From an uncultured delta proteobacterium (GTDB lineage: Bacteria > Myxococcota_A > UBA9160 > UBA4427), in assembly GCA_963822965.1 (NCBI GenBank), contig CAWGJT010000005.1, positions 1,888,001 to 1,952,000 of the forward strand: a DNA stretch of 64,000 nt, written 5' to 3'. A model generated the notes under the pieces. That model ran no database searches. It was not told where the DNA came from and saw only the letters and a program-made list of their open reading frames with translations. This document shows, piece after piece, positions 62,889 to 64,000 of the stretch (position 1 is its first letter; each line of letters begins with the position of its first letter). Both the position numbers and the translations under genes were made by a program.

Positions 62889-63449
62889 TCAGAAGCGCTT
62901 CACTCCGCGCTCGAGGTCGGCCTGGATCTTCCGGTCGACCTCGGCCCGAAGCTTGGCGCGCATGGCGGTGAGTCGGCCCGGCAGCCGTGCCGAGGCCACC
63001 TGGGTCCACGGCCGCTGCTCGGCGCCCCGGTGGAACCGCCGGAACTTCCGGAACGCGTGCAGCTCGTGCTTGAACTGCTCCTCGACGAACTTGATCATGA
63101 TGGCGTCGTCCAGGAAGCCGAGCACGGGGATGTCGTCCGGGATCAGGTCTTCGGCGTTGGCGAAGTAGGCGAGCGCCGCCAGCACCTCGTTGCGCACCTT
63201 CGCGGGTGCCGCGTAGTCCTCGTCCTCGATGATCTCGGTCAGGTCGTGCAGCGTCTCGATCGCTTCGAGCACGAAGCCGGGTGTCTTCTTGCTGCGCCGG
63301 ACGGTCTCGACGAGGTCCCTCGCCGACTTCAGGATCTCGGTCTGGTCCTGGTCCGAGATCGCCTTCTTGGCCTTGCGAAAGAGCGAACGGAAGTAGTTCG
63401 CGTCGTCTTCGTCGAGCTTGAAGGTGACCTTGAACGACGTGGCACTCAT
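62889..63449 (-). CDS. YkvA/DUF1232 family protein
   Basis: ALAYFANAEDLIPDDIPVLGFLDDA. Confidence 0.85.
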   Translation of the reverse strand: MSATSFKVTFKLDEDDANYFRSLFRKAKKAISDQDQTEILKSARDLVETVRRSKKTPGFVLEAIETLHDLTEIIEDEDYAAPAKVRNEVLAALAYFANAEDLIPDDIPVLGFLDDAIMIKFVEEQFKHELHAFRKFRRFHRGAEQRPWTQVASARLPGRLTAMRAKLRAEVDRKIQADLERGVKRF

Positions 63450-63562
63450 CACGGGCCTCCGAAGGGTGCTGGACTTCCGGACGGGGAAGGCACACGACCC
63501 CGCGGCGACCGGACTTTATCACAGGCGCCTTCGGTGGGCGCCGTGGAAAGGCCTCCTGGACG

Positions 63563-64000
63563 TCAGTAGCGACACGCTTCGATCAAGCGATCCACGGAGC
63601 CCTGCCACTCGCCGCGCCAGGCCGCGAGGATCACCTCTCCGGGGCTCGCACCGCGCTCGAGCACCTCTCGAATCGGATCCAGGAAGGAACGTTCGTCGGA
63701 AACACCGTCGCGCGCCGCAATCCGACGCAGCCCCTCGGACGAGATCTCCGTGAGCTCGCGGGCGAGATCGAGAATGGGGCGACCCGCCGCGGAGGCGGCC
63801 AGGCCGCGACGCGGCACGTCCGCCAGCAGCTGCTCGCGCTGCCTCGACGTGAATCGATCCACCAGCTTCCAGGCCGCCTCGCACGCCTGCGCGTCGTAGA
63901 GCACGCCCTTCCAGATCGCGGGCAGCGCGCAGATCAGCCCGGGCGGCACGGCGTCGGCGCCCCGCACCTCGATCACCCGCTTCAGGCGAACCTCGGGAAA
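63563..64000 (-). CDS. gshA: Glutamate--cysteine ligase, 3' part (truncated by window)
   Basis: FPEVRLKRVIEVRGAD...ALPAIWKGVLYD. Confidence 0.85.
   Translation of the reverse strand, partial: FPEVRLKRVIEVRGADAVPPGLICALPAIWKGVLYDAQACEAAWKLVDRFTSRQREQLLADVPRRGLAASAAGRPILDLARELTEISSEGLRRIAARDGVSDERSFLDPIREVLERGASPGEVILAAWRGEWQGSVDRLIEACRY

Overview
High-GC bacterial chromosome segment. Gene content and order (rho-prfA-prmC-his, rpsU-dnaG-rpoD, rne-rplU-rpmA-obgE-proB-nadD-rsfS-gpmI) suggest a Myxococcota/deltaproteobacteria-like organism; this is inference. 1-10.9 kb is a minus-strand Rhs (YD-repeat) polymorphic toxin array. It has a 5'-truncated main Rhs, several orphan core+C-terminal-tip (CT) cassettes with membrane-type candidate immunity genes, a direct repeat at 6767-bp spacing whose substitution pattern suggests recombination between two different cores, and CTs sharing a C-terminal Y-x-K tail. 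10.9-22.4 kb is accessory metabolic and exported-protein DNA ending at a tRNA(CAT), whose 3' half is duplicated 2.9 kb downstream (att-like). 25-55 kb is mostly housekeeping, with several oddities: a HisD with degenerate active-site motifs, an RpoD lacking region 1.1 behind a heptamer repeat, a probable CTG-initiated rsfS, and an obgE frameshift that is probably an assembly error. 55-64 kb holds a Zn-finger microprotein gene with a sigma54-type promoter that the ORF track missed, and a gshA/trxB-linked signalling cluster including a PAS-HisKA-REC protein with no ATPase domain. All calls come from reading motifs by eye; no database searches were run.
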